Shown: positions 1 to 8,877 of the stretch, piece after piece | Layout: every line of letters starts with the position of its first letter | Position numbering within the stretch: position 1 is the first letter of the stretch | NCBI GenBank assembly: GCA_030747675.1 | Contig: JASLKH010000002.1 | Location: 1-26,553 of the forward strand | Origin: Candidatus Thalassarchaeaceae archaeon | GTDB lineage: Archaea; Thermoplasmatota; Poseidoniia; Poseidoniales; Thalassarchaeaceae | DNA: 26,553 nt | Reading direction: 5' to 3' | Notes under the pieces: model-generated | Database searches by the model: none | Told to the model about the DNA's origin: nothing | The model's input: only the letters and a program-made list of their open reading frames with translations | Program-made: the position numbers and the translations under genes

Positions 1-1084
1 TGGGACATTTCAAATCTTGGCTCTTCCCTTTCGATTTGAATCGAGCACCACAAGAGCAAACAGGTCTACGCAGATTGCGGATACCATTTACCAGTTTTAA
101 TTTCTCAAGGTGAATTGTTCCATCTGGTGATTCCAGGCCAATCCATTCAATGGAGTCTCCTTCTTTCATCGATTGAGCCAATTTATTTATTGGCCCCCCC
201 TCCGAAAATGAGGCTAATTTCCTATCAGTAAATAGGATGACATGACCTCCTTCAAGGATTTTAGGATTTGTGCTTAGGATTGCTGATTCAATAGATTCAA
301 TGTGGTCATCACTGGCTTGATTGGTGCGATGCAAACGCCCACTTTTCGCTAATTCAGCGCCATTTTCTTGAAGATATTTATGCGCCGATTCGACTGATTT
401 CGAAGATTCACCACGAACCCCATATAATACTGGACAAGGTGTCCTTGGTGCAATTAGCGATTTTCCAGCATTTGGATCTCGATTCATGAATGTCAGAGGG
501 TATCTCTTGGACATATTTTTGACTAACTTTTCGGGAACATTGCGGATGCTGTTCGTGTCAGTGCGCCATGCTATGTATTCCCAAGTGAAGTCGTTTCCCC
601 CCCTCCAAGCCGCTGCTGCACTTGCCCCAATAATTCCATTCATCCCTCTCGGACTAAACCATGAATCAAAGCGATATTCTTCTAATTCGAGTACCCTATT
701 TTCAAGAGTTACTTCAGAACGGACTGTATCCCAGTATAATTTTTCAGCGGGTCGCTCATGAAAAGCAACCAAAACAGGTTGAGCAGAATGTTTCGAATCA
801 TCTGGTTCCAACATAGAAAAACGATTATTGAACCAAATAGTGATACTATCTGAAATCCTTGGCCAAGATGATTCTGTGCAAGTAATCTTTGCAGCTAAAG
901 CCGCATTGCCTCTAGTACGACGTGCTGCAAATGGCCACAGCCTTACTAACCTCACATCAGTAATTTCGCAGTTAGATTCAATTGATTCCAAGAGATTGTT
1001 GAAATCAAATGTCGTACAACCAAATTCCCGCTCGTCTGTATCATCTAAAGCAAGCCAGATTTCCTGGCACGAGGATTTAGTCAT
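1..1084 (-). CDS. tiaS: tRNA(Ile2) agmatinylcytidine synthase TiaS (3' end runs off the window)
   Basis: Not in the ORF track because the frame has no stop before the edge. Manual translation from ATG at 1084 gives MTKSSCQEIWLALDDTDEREFGCTT...RLVRLWPFAARRTRGNAAL...GIIGASAAAAW...DFTWEYIAWR...IAPRTPCPVLYGVRG...RTNQASDDH...CSCGARFKSKGKSQDLKCP. This matches the TiaS DDTD, TRGNAA, APxTPxPVLYGxRG, TNQxxDDH and C-terminal Zn-ribbon motifs. The ATG overlaps the gmhB stop (ATGA). Confidence 0.95.
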   Translation of the reverse strand, partial: MTKSSCQEIWLALDDTDEREFGCTTFDFNNLLESIESNCEITDVRLVRLWPFAARRTRGNAALAAKITCTESSWPRISDSITIWFNNRFSMLEPDDSKHSAQPVLVAFHERPAEKLYWDTVRSEVTLENRVLELEEYRFDSWFSPRGMNGIIGASAAAAWRGGNDFTWEYIAWRTDTNSIRNVPEKLVKNMSKRYPLTFMNRDPNAGKSLIAPRTPCPVLYGVRGESSKSVESAHKYLQENGAELAKSGRLHRTNQASDDHIESIESAILSTNPKILEGGHVILFTDRKLASFSEGGPINKLAQSMKEGDSIEWIGLESPDGTIHLEKLKLVNGIRNLRRPVCSCGARFKSKGKSQDLKCP

Positions 1085-1710
1085 ATTTCCAAGGCATCGC
1101 CTCGGTCTTCATCATCCAAAAGTCTCTCGATCACTCCTGCAATACCTACTGCAGGGTCAATTCGAAATCCTCTCACACCATGATTCCATGCAGCACCAAT
1201 GTCTGCATCTCGGTCACCTGCCATTAATGACCTTCCTTCCGACACTCTATTTTTCAAGTCCTGAGAATTTTGCGTAGTTTCCAACTCAAGACCTTCCAAC
1301 AGTTGTCGACCCACTTGTAGCATACCTGCACCGGGTTTCCTCACAGGGCTATGTTCATAGGGAGCGTATGGTGAATATAATAACACATCAATAATTGCAT
1401 TATTGTTTTGTTTCAACAGACCATCAATTACCGCCTGATTAATTTCTGCTAATTTTTCATGGCTGAACACACCTCGATTGACAGGTGACTGGTTTGTAAC
1501 AACAACAATTCGAAATCCAGCATCTCGCAATGCTGCTACCGAATCACCTGCGCCATCCAGCATCACCACTTCTGCCTCTGATTTGACATAATCTTCTCGG
1601 CCGACATTAAGGACGCCGTCCCTATCGAGGTAAGCAATGGAGCCATCCCAATTTTCTAAAGACTCAATTTCTCCATTGATTGGAGCCCCGTGACGCCCTG
1701 GTAAATCCAC
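1081..1710 (-). CDS. gmhB: HAD-IIIA phosphatase, D-glycero-D-manno-heptose-1,7-bisphosphate phosphatase (GmhB)-like
   Basis: Motifs YLDRDGVLN, VVVTNQS, RKPGAGML and MAGDRDADI. GTG at 1710 is preferred over TTG at 1713 because GAGGTG lies 5 nt upstream. Confidence 0.8.
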   Translation of the reverse strand: MDLPGRHGAPINGEIESLENWDGSIAYLDRDGVLNVGREDYVKSEAEVVMLDGAGDSVAALRDAGFRIVVVTNQSPVNRGVFSHEKLAEINQAVIDGLLKQNNNAIIDVLLYSPYAPYEHSPVRKPGAGMLQVGRQLLEGLELETTQNSQDLKNRVSEGRSLMAGDRDADIGAAWNHGVRGFRIDPAVGIAGVIERLLDDEDRGDALEI

Positions 1711-1715
1711 CAAAA

Positions 1716-1721
1716 CACCTC
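1716..1721 (-). promoter_or_regulatory. Shine-Dalgarno site (GAGGTG) for gmhB
   Basis: GAGGTG on the minus strand, 5 nt before GTG 1710; complementary to the archaeal 16S 3' end. Confidence 0.6.
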
Positions 1722-2310
1722 AGGAATGACTTGGGATATTTCGGCTGGCTTTGATGGCTTCCTTTACGATATGATTGATGATGAGTTGTAAGTCTTCAAT
1801 TCGCTCCATTGATTCAGTATTGCAAACTATTGCAACGTCGGCTAATTTAGCAAGATTACCGCCATTTCCTCTTCGGTAGTTACCTGTTATTCCAACTGTT
1901 CTCGCCCCTGCTTCTTTTGCAAATTCGACTCCATTGATCACATTCGCTGAATTTCCACTTCCAGAATAGGCCACTAACAAGTCCCCCGATTTCAACCAAG
2001 TCTGAAGTTGTCCAACGAAGATATTAGAATAATCCGTATCATTTGCCCATGCTGTTAGAGAGGCAATATTGTCGGTATGACATAATGTTGGCAACTTCAA
2101 CTCCTTGCTCCAATCTCCTGCACTATGGCTTGGAGTTGCTGCAGAACCACCATTTCCAATGAAATGTACACACCCACCGTTGTCCATTACCGATAGCATT
2201 TCATTGTAGAGCCCAGAAACATCATCAGGGTTTAATGAATGCATGGCAGCGGTCAAATCTTCAATGTATGAAGACATGAACGCGGCAAAATCAAACTCAT
2301 CACTAGACAT
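1720..2310 (-). CDS. gmhA: SIS-domain phosphoheptose isomerase (GmhA)-like
   Basis: Motifs FIGNGGSAA, TAWAND, GDLLVAYSGSGNSANV and ERIEDLQLIINH. Start moved to ATG 2310 (MSSDEF, 196 aa) because the longer ORF overlaps the divergent gene. Confidence 0.8.
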   Translation of the reverse strand: MSSDEFDFAAFMSSYIEDLTAAMHSLNPDDVSGLYNEMLSVMDNGGCVHFIGNGGSAATPSHSAGDWSKELKLPTLCHTDNIASLTAWANDTDYSNIFVGQLQTWLKSGDLLVAYSGSGNSANVINGVEFAKEAGARTVGITGNYRRGNGGNLAKLADVAIVCNTESMERIEDLQLIINHIVKEAIKASRNIPSHS

Positions 2311-2371
2311 TCCGCTCAGTCCCGCGTCGGAGCGAGCATATATGTGACTTACCGACCCACGTCGGTCAGAA

Positions 2372-3358
2372 ATGGGCGACATTGTGAGTAATACCGTGGC
2401 CAATTTTGGCCAATTAATAGAACTTGATTTAGGTCAGACTAACCTTCTAATCGTTATGATGGGGCTTGTTTTTCTAGGAATTTCATTCCATGGTAAGGGT
2501 GAATGGACAAAATGGATGGCATGTCCAGGATGGATTTGTGTAGGGCTATACTTCTACTTAGGTGCTGAACATTATTTTCTGATAGATGATCCTGTGCTAA
2601 TTTTTATGTCATTAGCAGCATTACCTGTGAGTGTAGCCTATGCTGCTTGGGAAGGAATCAATGCCAAAGAAGGCCGAATTGTTGAATCTGTTGAATGGCT
2701 TCGAGGTGCCGTATTTTGGTCCGCAATGCCTTATTTAGCAATCCAACATATCCCAATGCTCAATGCTGGTGTCGTATGGTTTACTGCGTGGAATACATCG
2801 TTAATGTTGCAGTGGACTGGTGCCGGTGAAATTCATCTTGGGCAAATGATGGTTGATTTGGGTGGTGGAAATGAAGTCTCGTGGTCCGAGTGGGGTGGCA
2901 ACCGATGGTTGCAAACTGATACACTGGGCGAGGGGGGTTTCTATGTCCCAATGGAGCACGCCGATGGGGATCCTGTGAATATTGGATTCGTCCTTGGATG
3001 TAGTGCATTACAATCAATGATTGTATTCATAGGAGCAGTCGTTGCTTTACGCGATTCACCTTGGAAGAGAAAAGCGAGAGCATTGTTTATCACAATACCA
3101 GTAATTCATGTTTTGAATGTGTTCAGGAATGCTGGTATTATCTGGATGCATGTAGCTTATGGTGGGAAGTGGGATCTGTTTGGAATCAATATTTTCGACT
3201 TCGGTCACGCATACGCTGCCAAATTTCTTAGCTTAGGGGCGATGTTTATCATGGCAATAGTGATTTTTGAATTATTGCCCAAACTCCATTCTCACGTCTT
3301 AGATGTAATCTCGCCTGTACTTCGGCCACTTGGAATCTTGCCGCCACGTGAAAATTAA
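2372..3358 (+). CDS. Archaeosortase (ArtA-like, exosortase family) membrane transpeptidase
   Basis: Multi-TM protein with the Cys (GCSALQSMIVFIG), Arg (NVFRNAGIIW) and His (FDFGHAY) motifs of archaeosortases, and an ArtA-like N-terminus (GWICVGLYF..AEHYF). Confidence 0.85.
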   Translation: MGDIVSNTVANFGQLIELDLGQTNLLIVMMGLVFLGISFHGKGEWTKWMACPGWICVGLYFYLGAEHYFLIDDPVLIFMSLAALPVSVAYAAWEGINAKEGRIVESVEWLRGAVFWSAMPYLAIQHIPMLNAGVVWFTAWNTSLMLQWTGAGEIHLGQMMVDLGGGNEVSWSEWGGNRWLQTDTLGEGGFYVPMEHADGDPVNIGFVLGCSALQSMIVFIGAVVALRDSPWKRKARALFITIPVIHVLNVFRNAGIIWMHVAYGGKWDLFGINIFDFGHAYAAKFLSLGAMFIMAIVIFELLPKLHSHVLDVISPVLRPLGILPPREN

Positions 3359-6300
3359 CGCTGAGGTTTCAGGCGATCGAGGACTTTGCCCTTCAAAGGC
3401 ATATTATGTTCCCATGCGAATTCTTTCATCACACGCAATGCTTCCTGCTCTTTTTCTGAATCACCTACAAAGTCAGTGACTTCGATAATTGAGTTGCGAG
3501 TATTTGCCTTGAAGGCAGCGATAGGTTCCTCATTCCAAAATACCATGTATGCACTACCGAATCCAAACCGTTCTCGCAATAATGACTGGAAATATGGTAG
3601 AAGAGGGTCGGATGGCGGTAGGACAAAGTCGCGCATTGGCTCAATACTATCGGCTTCTTCTAACAATTCCTTACGTCCCCAACATACTTCATGGAGGTCA
3701 TCAACAAGGAATCCTTTGATCAAATGCCCTTCTGCCTCAAATTCATGTAAAACAACTGATATCTCTTCCGCTTTAAACGGACTACCTGCCAATTTCTCGC
3801 ATTGTTTTAGGGTGATTATCGGATATTCAGCTACCATTTCACGCAGATATTCGCGCTTGACTTCCCACGTGTCCGCAGAATCTAATCGTCTAACTGTTTT
3901 GAAACCACCACGGTAGTCTTGAACTAGATGACCCGATCGGATTAGAGGTTGTGCTAGTTTCCTAAATTCAGCCCTTTTCATCGCGTATCTGTCCATGAAT
4001 ATTTGTGGATCTGAATTCGAATTGAAAAACTCAAGGACATCGACTAAATCTTCGTCTGGTTCATGATTTCTGATACGTAAGAGTCTTTGGAAGTGCTTAT
4101 ACGGAGCCCAAACTTGATGGTTACGAAGATTTGTTCCTTGATGCATTTGCTGACTTGCAGCCATTGATTTTAGATCAACTCTATACATTTCACAGCGCCC
4201 ACGTAGTGCGAAGTCATCACGGATTTCTGCAACTTTTGAAAGGGCTATAGTTTCATTTTCAGTACGACTATGCTGATGTAGGTTGTGGTGGAAAAACAGG
4301 GCTCTCATTGCAAGGCTTCGTGGCCGTGGATCAACAATTCCTCCTCGAATATAGCGTTCATTATCACCCATTGATTTGAAACCTAATTTTTCAACAATTC
4401 CCTGAATATTTTCATCACACTCATGGATAGGTACACCATTGAAATTGTGCAAAACAGAAACATCGACAAGGGTGTCACTATAATTGTCAAGTAACTCATC
4501 AAAGATAATAGCAAACTCATCTAGATATGAGTGAGGGATATGAATATCCTTGATCTCGAGATAATCGTTAACTTTGAACATCAATATTCGGCCAACGGGG
4601 TCAACTCCTTTGAAAACGGGGTAATACCAACCTTGTTTCAACACATATCGTACTTCTTGAATAAATCTTGAACAAAATGGATCAGATTGAGTCATAATAC
4701 GCAAAGTTCGATCCTCGCGGTTGTGGCGACGAAGAGCTAATGCATCCTCGGGTACACAATAAAAATCAGTTGGGTCTGGTTGTAATGCTGTTACTTTCTG
4801 AACTTTACCACTACTCTCCAAATCCCTTAGAATTTCTGCAAGTAATTCGACAGGGTGGCTGATGAATAAACGCAATGCATGCAACTTGATTGGTCCAACT
4901 CGACGAATTAACTCGAGGAGGGCATCTTCAAAGGGGAGAGGGGCATATACATCATGAACACGATGGAATAATGAAAGCGAACGTTTTCTATCAGGCAATT
5001 CTTCAAATTGCTTCACAAATACCATTTGTCGTTCCATATTTGACATCGCATTTCGAGCATCTCGCTGGATATGCTTATGCTCATCTCCCTTAGGTAAATG
5101 ACCGAGGATTTCTGAACGTTCGACATTCTCCCCTGGTGTGATGTAATCTACTAGGTGGGTGTCCATTTCAGCGAACCATGGCTCTGGGCGCAATCCCAAC
5201 AGCGTTGGTATCATCTCTTTGGTAGTATAACCTACTCGAGAATGTAACAATCGGCCCATGACAATGTCTGAGTCATGTTTCATATCTTTCCAATCGGCAA
5301 ACCTGAAATTCTCAATTCTACCGAGAAGTTCATGCATCTTAGTGAACATTATGTGACCATCAGTCAGAGCAGAAATTGCATCAGGATACTGTTTATACGA
5401 CTTATTTAAGAGTAAATTTTGCAACGCTCTGTACTCAATAATATTCGTATCCCCTCCTGTGATAATGTGCTCATCAACTCGTAAGATAAATTCGCCCTCA
5501 TTAGTTTGTGTGTAGAATCCAATTGAAACAATGTTTCTTACTTCCATTTCATGTAGTAACGTTTCGATCTGAGCTGTGGGGAATGGTAGCCGTTCAGAAA
5601 TTTTCTCCAATGTGCTTGGACCTTCACTTCGAAGCATATCTGTAACTTTCACACGCAAGCACTCGTAGGGGTCAGCCAATTTAGAATCGATCCATTCAGT
5701 AACTTCAATGCCTGAAAAGGATACGCCACTTTTGTAGTGTAGTCCACCTGTATACAATTCACGAACACTTTCCATATCTCCTGCGCCCTTAGCAGCTAAC
5801 ACTCCCAATGTGCCGTGAATTTCAGCCATTCTAATTGAGAACCATTTGTTGTCAACACCATCTGAACCTGTGCCTGTAATTTTTGTGATGTCGCCTGATT
5901 GAGCCAACTCCTCAATCCATTTGTGGATTTGGACCTCAGGGATTTCAGCTAATTTGGAACCATACAATGGATTCGCCAAAGTGTTTTCAAGACCGCCGCC
6001 ACTTTCCATTAATCGCAATAATCCATCAGCATCTTTGGGAATACCGAATTTATCAGAATAATATTTTTCCAATGCATCATCATCGAGGTCTGTTGCTTTT
6101 GAACGACCCCCCAATAATCTACGTAGGATTTCAGGGTCAATGTCTTTGACTAAATAAGCTCGAGTTCGCATCGAAAGTAGATCTTCAAAAGCGGCCATGT
6201 ACAAATTCATACCTAAAGCAGAGGGGAAGGAAACTCTTGAATGGACAATTCTAACTCCATCTCCGTCCATCCCATTTACAAATTTTTCAAGTTCTTCCAT

Positions 6301-8694
6301 GTCCAAATCAGTATGGAATATCTCATTTTGGGCCTCCTTTATCAACAACGAGTTTGCCTGTTGGCGATGGTCACGAAAGACTTTTTCTGATTTCTGCTGG
6401 AATTGTTTGGGACTGACTTCATCTGCACCAATCCTTCGAGGGATAATCAGAGAACGACCTGCTACTTCACGGAACCTTTTAGCGAATAACTGGCTATCTA
6501 ACAAATATCGCTGGAGGACTTCATCTCTCTGATTCTTTTTGAATAATGGATAAATTAGTGCAGTATCAATTTCTTGGCCTGTTTTGAACAGAAATGCATT
6601 CTCATCAAATGACATTTCGATAACATGGAAATCATGCATTTCACAAAGACCTGCCATGAAATATCCAAGAGCCATGTTGAAGGCTCTACCGCGACATGTA
6701 GTGATTATGTAAGTTGGAACTGGGCTATTCGTAATTTGTTCAAACAAAATGCGATCGTGATTTGGAACTTGGAAGGAGTCGATTGTGTGTTCTTCAAGGA
6801 ATCGAGCAAGAGATTCGCTAATGGGATCTGAAAGGCCATACGCACCACCAAGAATCAGGCGTGGATCGTGCCCACGACGAATTGCTGTAACTGTGGAATT
6901 TAGTAAATCGAGGACGGCTCCAGAAAGTTCGCGGGAACGGCTCATCGCCTCCCCTGACCAAGAGGGGACTGTTGGACGATATCCAGTGACAGGAGTTACA
7001 CTAACTCGACTAGATTGAATTTGATGCACGCGATATGTTGTCCCACCTAGCAAAAAGACGTCGCCTGATCTCAGATTTTGAACGAATGAAGAAGATAGTT
7101 GGCCAATCATTGTCCCATCTGCTGAAAATACCAGATAATTATTGTCAGGAGCAATTGTACCGATATTAGTATAGTAAATCATCTGAGAATATCCACGTTT
7201 CCCAATTTTGTTATCTTCCCAATCAACCCAAACACGACGCTCCTCCTCAAGTAAATCTAGAACATCAATAAAATCATCATAAGGAAAATCTTTGTATGGA
7301 TATGAAGAAGTGATTATTCCATATGCTTCATCCATATCCATTTCGCCGCATATTGTCAAACCGATGATAAATTGAGCAACAACATCCAAGCAATTTCTAG
7401 GGAAGCGAAGGTTATCCATTTCCCCTCTCATTATAGCACCCTGTAGCGCCACTAATTCGAGTAAATCGTGTACTGATGTTGGAAGAAAACGTGCGCGTGG
7501 AATACCGCCTACATGATGTCCTGCACGACCAATGCGTTGCAGAGCAGTTGAAATTGAACCTGGTGAGCCGATTTGGATAACCATGTCAACGCTGCCAATA
7601 TCAATTCCCATTTCCAGAGAACTGGATGATACACAGCATCGTAATTCACCACGTTTCAGTTTACGTTCAACTTCAAGACGAATTTGTTTGTCCATAGAAC
7701 CATGATGACCTTCAACACCCGCAAGGCCGAGAACTCGCAACTTTTGAGTGATTATTTCCGTCATTTGACGCGTATTTGCGAAGACCAAGGTTGTTGTATG
7801 AGCTTCACACAAATCCTTGATAATTTCAACATTATGGTCTAGTAATTGCTTGACTGGGACTTCGTTGAATTTTGGATGTGGCAAAATGATGTCCATATCC
7901 AATTCGCGCGTCCCACTCACTTTGGCGATGTGGACTTCAGATGATTCCTCATCATCGAAACGAGGGATTGGAGCACCTGTTTCATCATCACGATCTATAC
8001 CTTTTACAGGGACCAAAAAGTGTGCTACTTCCTCAAGAGGTTCCATCGTCGCTGATATCCCTAATCGTTGAACTGGATTGGCAATTAAAGTATCCAAAAG
8101 AGCCATTGTTAGTGATAAGTGGGTACCTCTTTTCGTTGGTACCAATGAATGCAATTCATCAATAATAATCCATTTCAAATCATGCATGAGGGGTCGGAAT
8201 TTTTTCGAAGCAAGAGCGAGACCTAATGACTCTGGTGTGGTGATAAGAATGTGCGGCGGTTTCCGCAACATCTTTTGCCGTTCCGATTGAGGTGTATCTC
8301 CAGTCCGTAGCCCGACTCGTATTTCCTGTGCACGACTTGGCAAAAAACGTTCACTAATTTCTGTAAGTGGGCCAATTAAGTTCTTTTGAATATCATTAGC
8401 TAATGCCTTGATTGGTGAAATATAGATGCAGTAAACCTTCTTTTCGAGTTTTCCATCAACTGCTAGGCGAATTAATTTGTCAATAATTGTAAGAAATGCA
8501 GTCAATGTCTTTCCCGAACCTGTCGGGGAGCACAAGAGTAAATGATCACCATTCATGATAGAGGGGATTGCCAACTTCTGAGGTTCCGTGAAATCTGGAA
8601 ATTTTTGCTTGAACCATTCCCTGACGGGTTGTGAAAGTTCAGATAAAATCTGCTCTGTTTCACACGGATTATCCAAGTATACTGTTTGAGCCAT
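3355..8694 (-). CDS. lhr: Large Lhr-family SF2 ATP-dependent helicase (~1779 aa) with an extended winged-helix C-terminal region
   Basis: Motifs FTEPQ (Q), SPTGSGKT (I), YISPIKALANDI (Ia), LITTPESL, IIDELH (II), ISAT (III), HHGSM, SSLEMGIDIG (V) and QRIGRAGH (VI), plus the Lhr signature IPSWSGE-like VPSWSGE. Start placed at ATG 8694 (MAQTVY); the extra 38 codons upstream look non-coding. Confidence 0.92.
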   Translation of the reverse strand: MAQTVYLDNPCETEQILSELSQPVREWFKQKFPDFTEPQKLAIPSIMNGDHLLLCSPTGSGKTLTAFLTIIDKLIRLAVDGKLEKKVYCIYISPIKALANDIQKNLIGPLTEISERFLPSRAQEIRVGLRTGDTPQSERQKMLRKPPHILITTPESLGLALASKKFRPLMHDLKWIIIDELHSLVPTKRGTHLSLTMALLDTLIANPVQRLGISATMEPLEEVAHFLVPVKGIDRDDETGAPIPRFDDEESSEVHIAKVSGTRELDMDIILPHPKFNEVPVKQLLDHNVEIIKDLCEAHTTTLVFANTRQMTEIITQKLRVLGLAGVEGHHGSMDKQIRLEVERKLKRGELRCCVSSSSLEMGIDIGSVDMVIQIGSPGSISTALQRIGRAGHHVGGIPRARFLPTSVHDLLELVALQGAIMRGEMDNLRFPRNCLDVVAQFIIGLTICGEMDMDEAYGIITSSYPYKDFPYDDFIDVLDLLEEERRVWVDWEDNKIGKRGYSQMIYYTNIGTIAPDNNYLVFSADGTMIGQLSSSFVQNLRSGDVFLLGGTTYRVHQIQSSRVSVTPVTGYRPTVPSWSGEAMSRSRELSGAVLDLLNSTVTAIRRGHDPRLILGGAYGLSDPISESLARFLEEHTIDSFQVPNHDRILFEQITNSPVPTYIITTCRGRAFNMALGYFMAGLCEMHDFHVIEMSFDENAFLFKTGQEIDTALIYPLFKKNQRDEVLQRYLLDSQLFAKRFREVAGRSLIIPRRIGADEVSPKQFQQKSEKVFRDHRQQANSLLIKEAQNEIFHTDLDMEELEKFVNGMDGDGVRIVHSRVSFPSALGMNLYMAAFEDLLSMRTRAYLVKDIDPEILRRLLGGRSKATDLDDDALEKYYSDKFGIPKDADGLLRLMESGGGLENTLANPLYGSKLAEIPEVQIHKWIEELAQSGDITKITGTGSDGVDNKWFSIRMAEIHGTLGVLAAKGAGDMESVRELYTGGLHYKSGVSFSGIEVTEWIDSKLADPYECLRVKVTDMLRSEGPSTLEKISERLPFPTAQIETLLHEMEVRNIVSIGFYTQTNEGEFILRVDEHIITGGDTNIIEYRALQNLLLNKSYKQYPDAISALTDGHIMFTKMHELLGRIENFRFADWKDMKHDSDIVMGRLLHSRVGYTTKEMIPTLLGLRPEPWFAEMDTHLVDYITPGENVERSEILGHLPKGDEHKHIQRDARNAMSNMERQMVFVKQFEELPDRKRSLSLFHRVHDVYAPLPFEDALLELIRRVGPIKLHALRLFISHPVELLAEILRDLESSGKVQKVTALQPDPTDFYCVPEDALALRRHNREDRTLRIMTQSDPFCSRFIQEVRYVLKQGWYYPVFKGVDPVGRILMFKVNDYLEIKDIHIPHSYLDEFAIIFDELLDNYSDTLVDVSVLHNFNGVPIHECDENIQGIVEKLGFKSMGDNERYIRGGIVDPRPRSLAMRALFFHHNLHQHSRTENETIALSKVAEIRDDFALRGRCEMYRVDLKSMAASQQMHQGTNLRNHQVWAPYKHFQRLLRIRNHEPDEDLVDVLEFFNSNSDPQIFMDRYAMKRAEFRKLAQPLIRSGHLVQDYRGGFKTVRRLDSADTWEVKREYLREMVAEYPIITLKQCEKLAGSPFKAEEISVVLHEFEAEGHLIKGFLVDDLHEVCWGRKELLEEADSIEPMRDFVLPPSDPLLPYFQSLLRERFGFGSAYMVFWNEEPIAAFKANTRNSIIEVTDFVGDSEKEQEALRVMKEFAWEHNMPLKGKVLDRLKPQR

Positions 8695-8877
8695 GTTCTT
8701 TCCTACTTTGAATCTGGCTTGGAGGGTATCAATGCAATATATGAACAATTGCATCAGAACATCATCGGATGAACAAATTGTTGCACATTTCCGTGTGTCC
8801 ATCTCCAATAATAAAGATAGTCTGAATATTTTTAGAATTTATCAAGTACTCGTGTTGAAACGCAAGTTCGTGTCATA

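Noticed and set aside
486-1277. ORFs 486..761(+) and 828..1277(+)
   Set aside because: Antisense shadows of tiaS/gmhB with no recognisable motifs.
3386-8290. Multiple 60-176 aa plus-strand ORFs inside lhr
   Set aside because: Antisense to a strongly supported gene; Ser/Arg-rich shadow composition.
8695-8808. 38-aa N-terminal extension of Lhr in the ORF track (also 8693..8881 +)
   Set aside because: AT-rich, contains TATA-like and palindromic elements, and Lhr homology begins only after Met39. More likely promoter or UTR, though not excluded.
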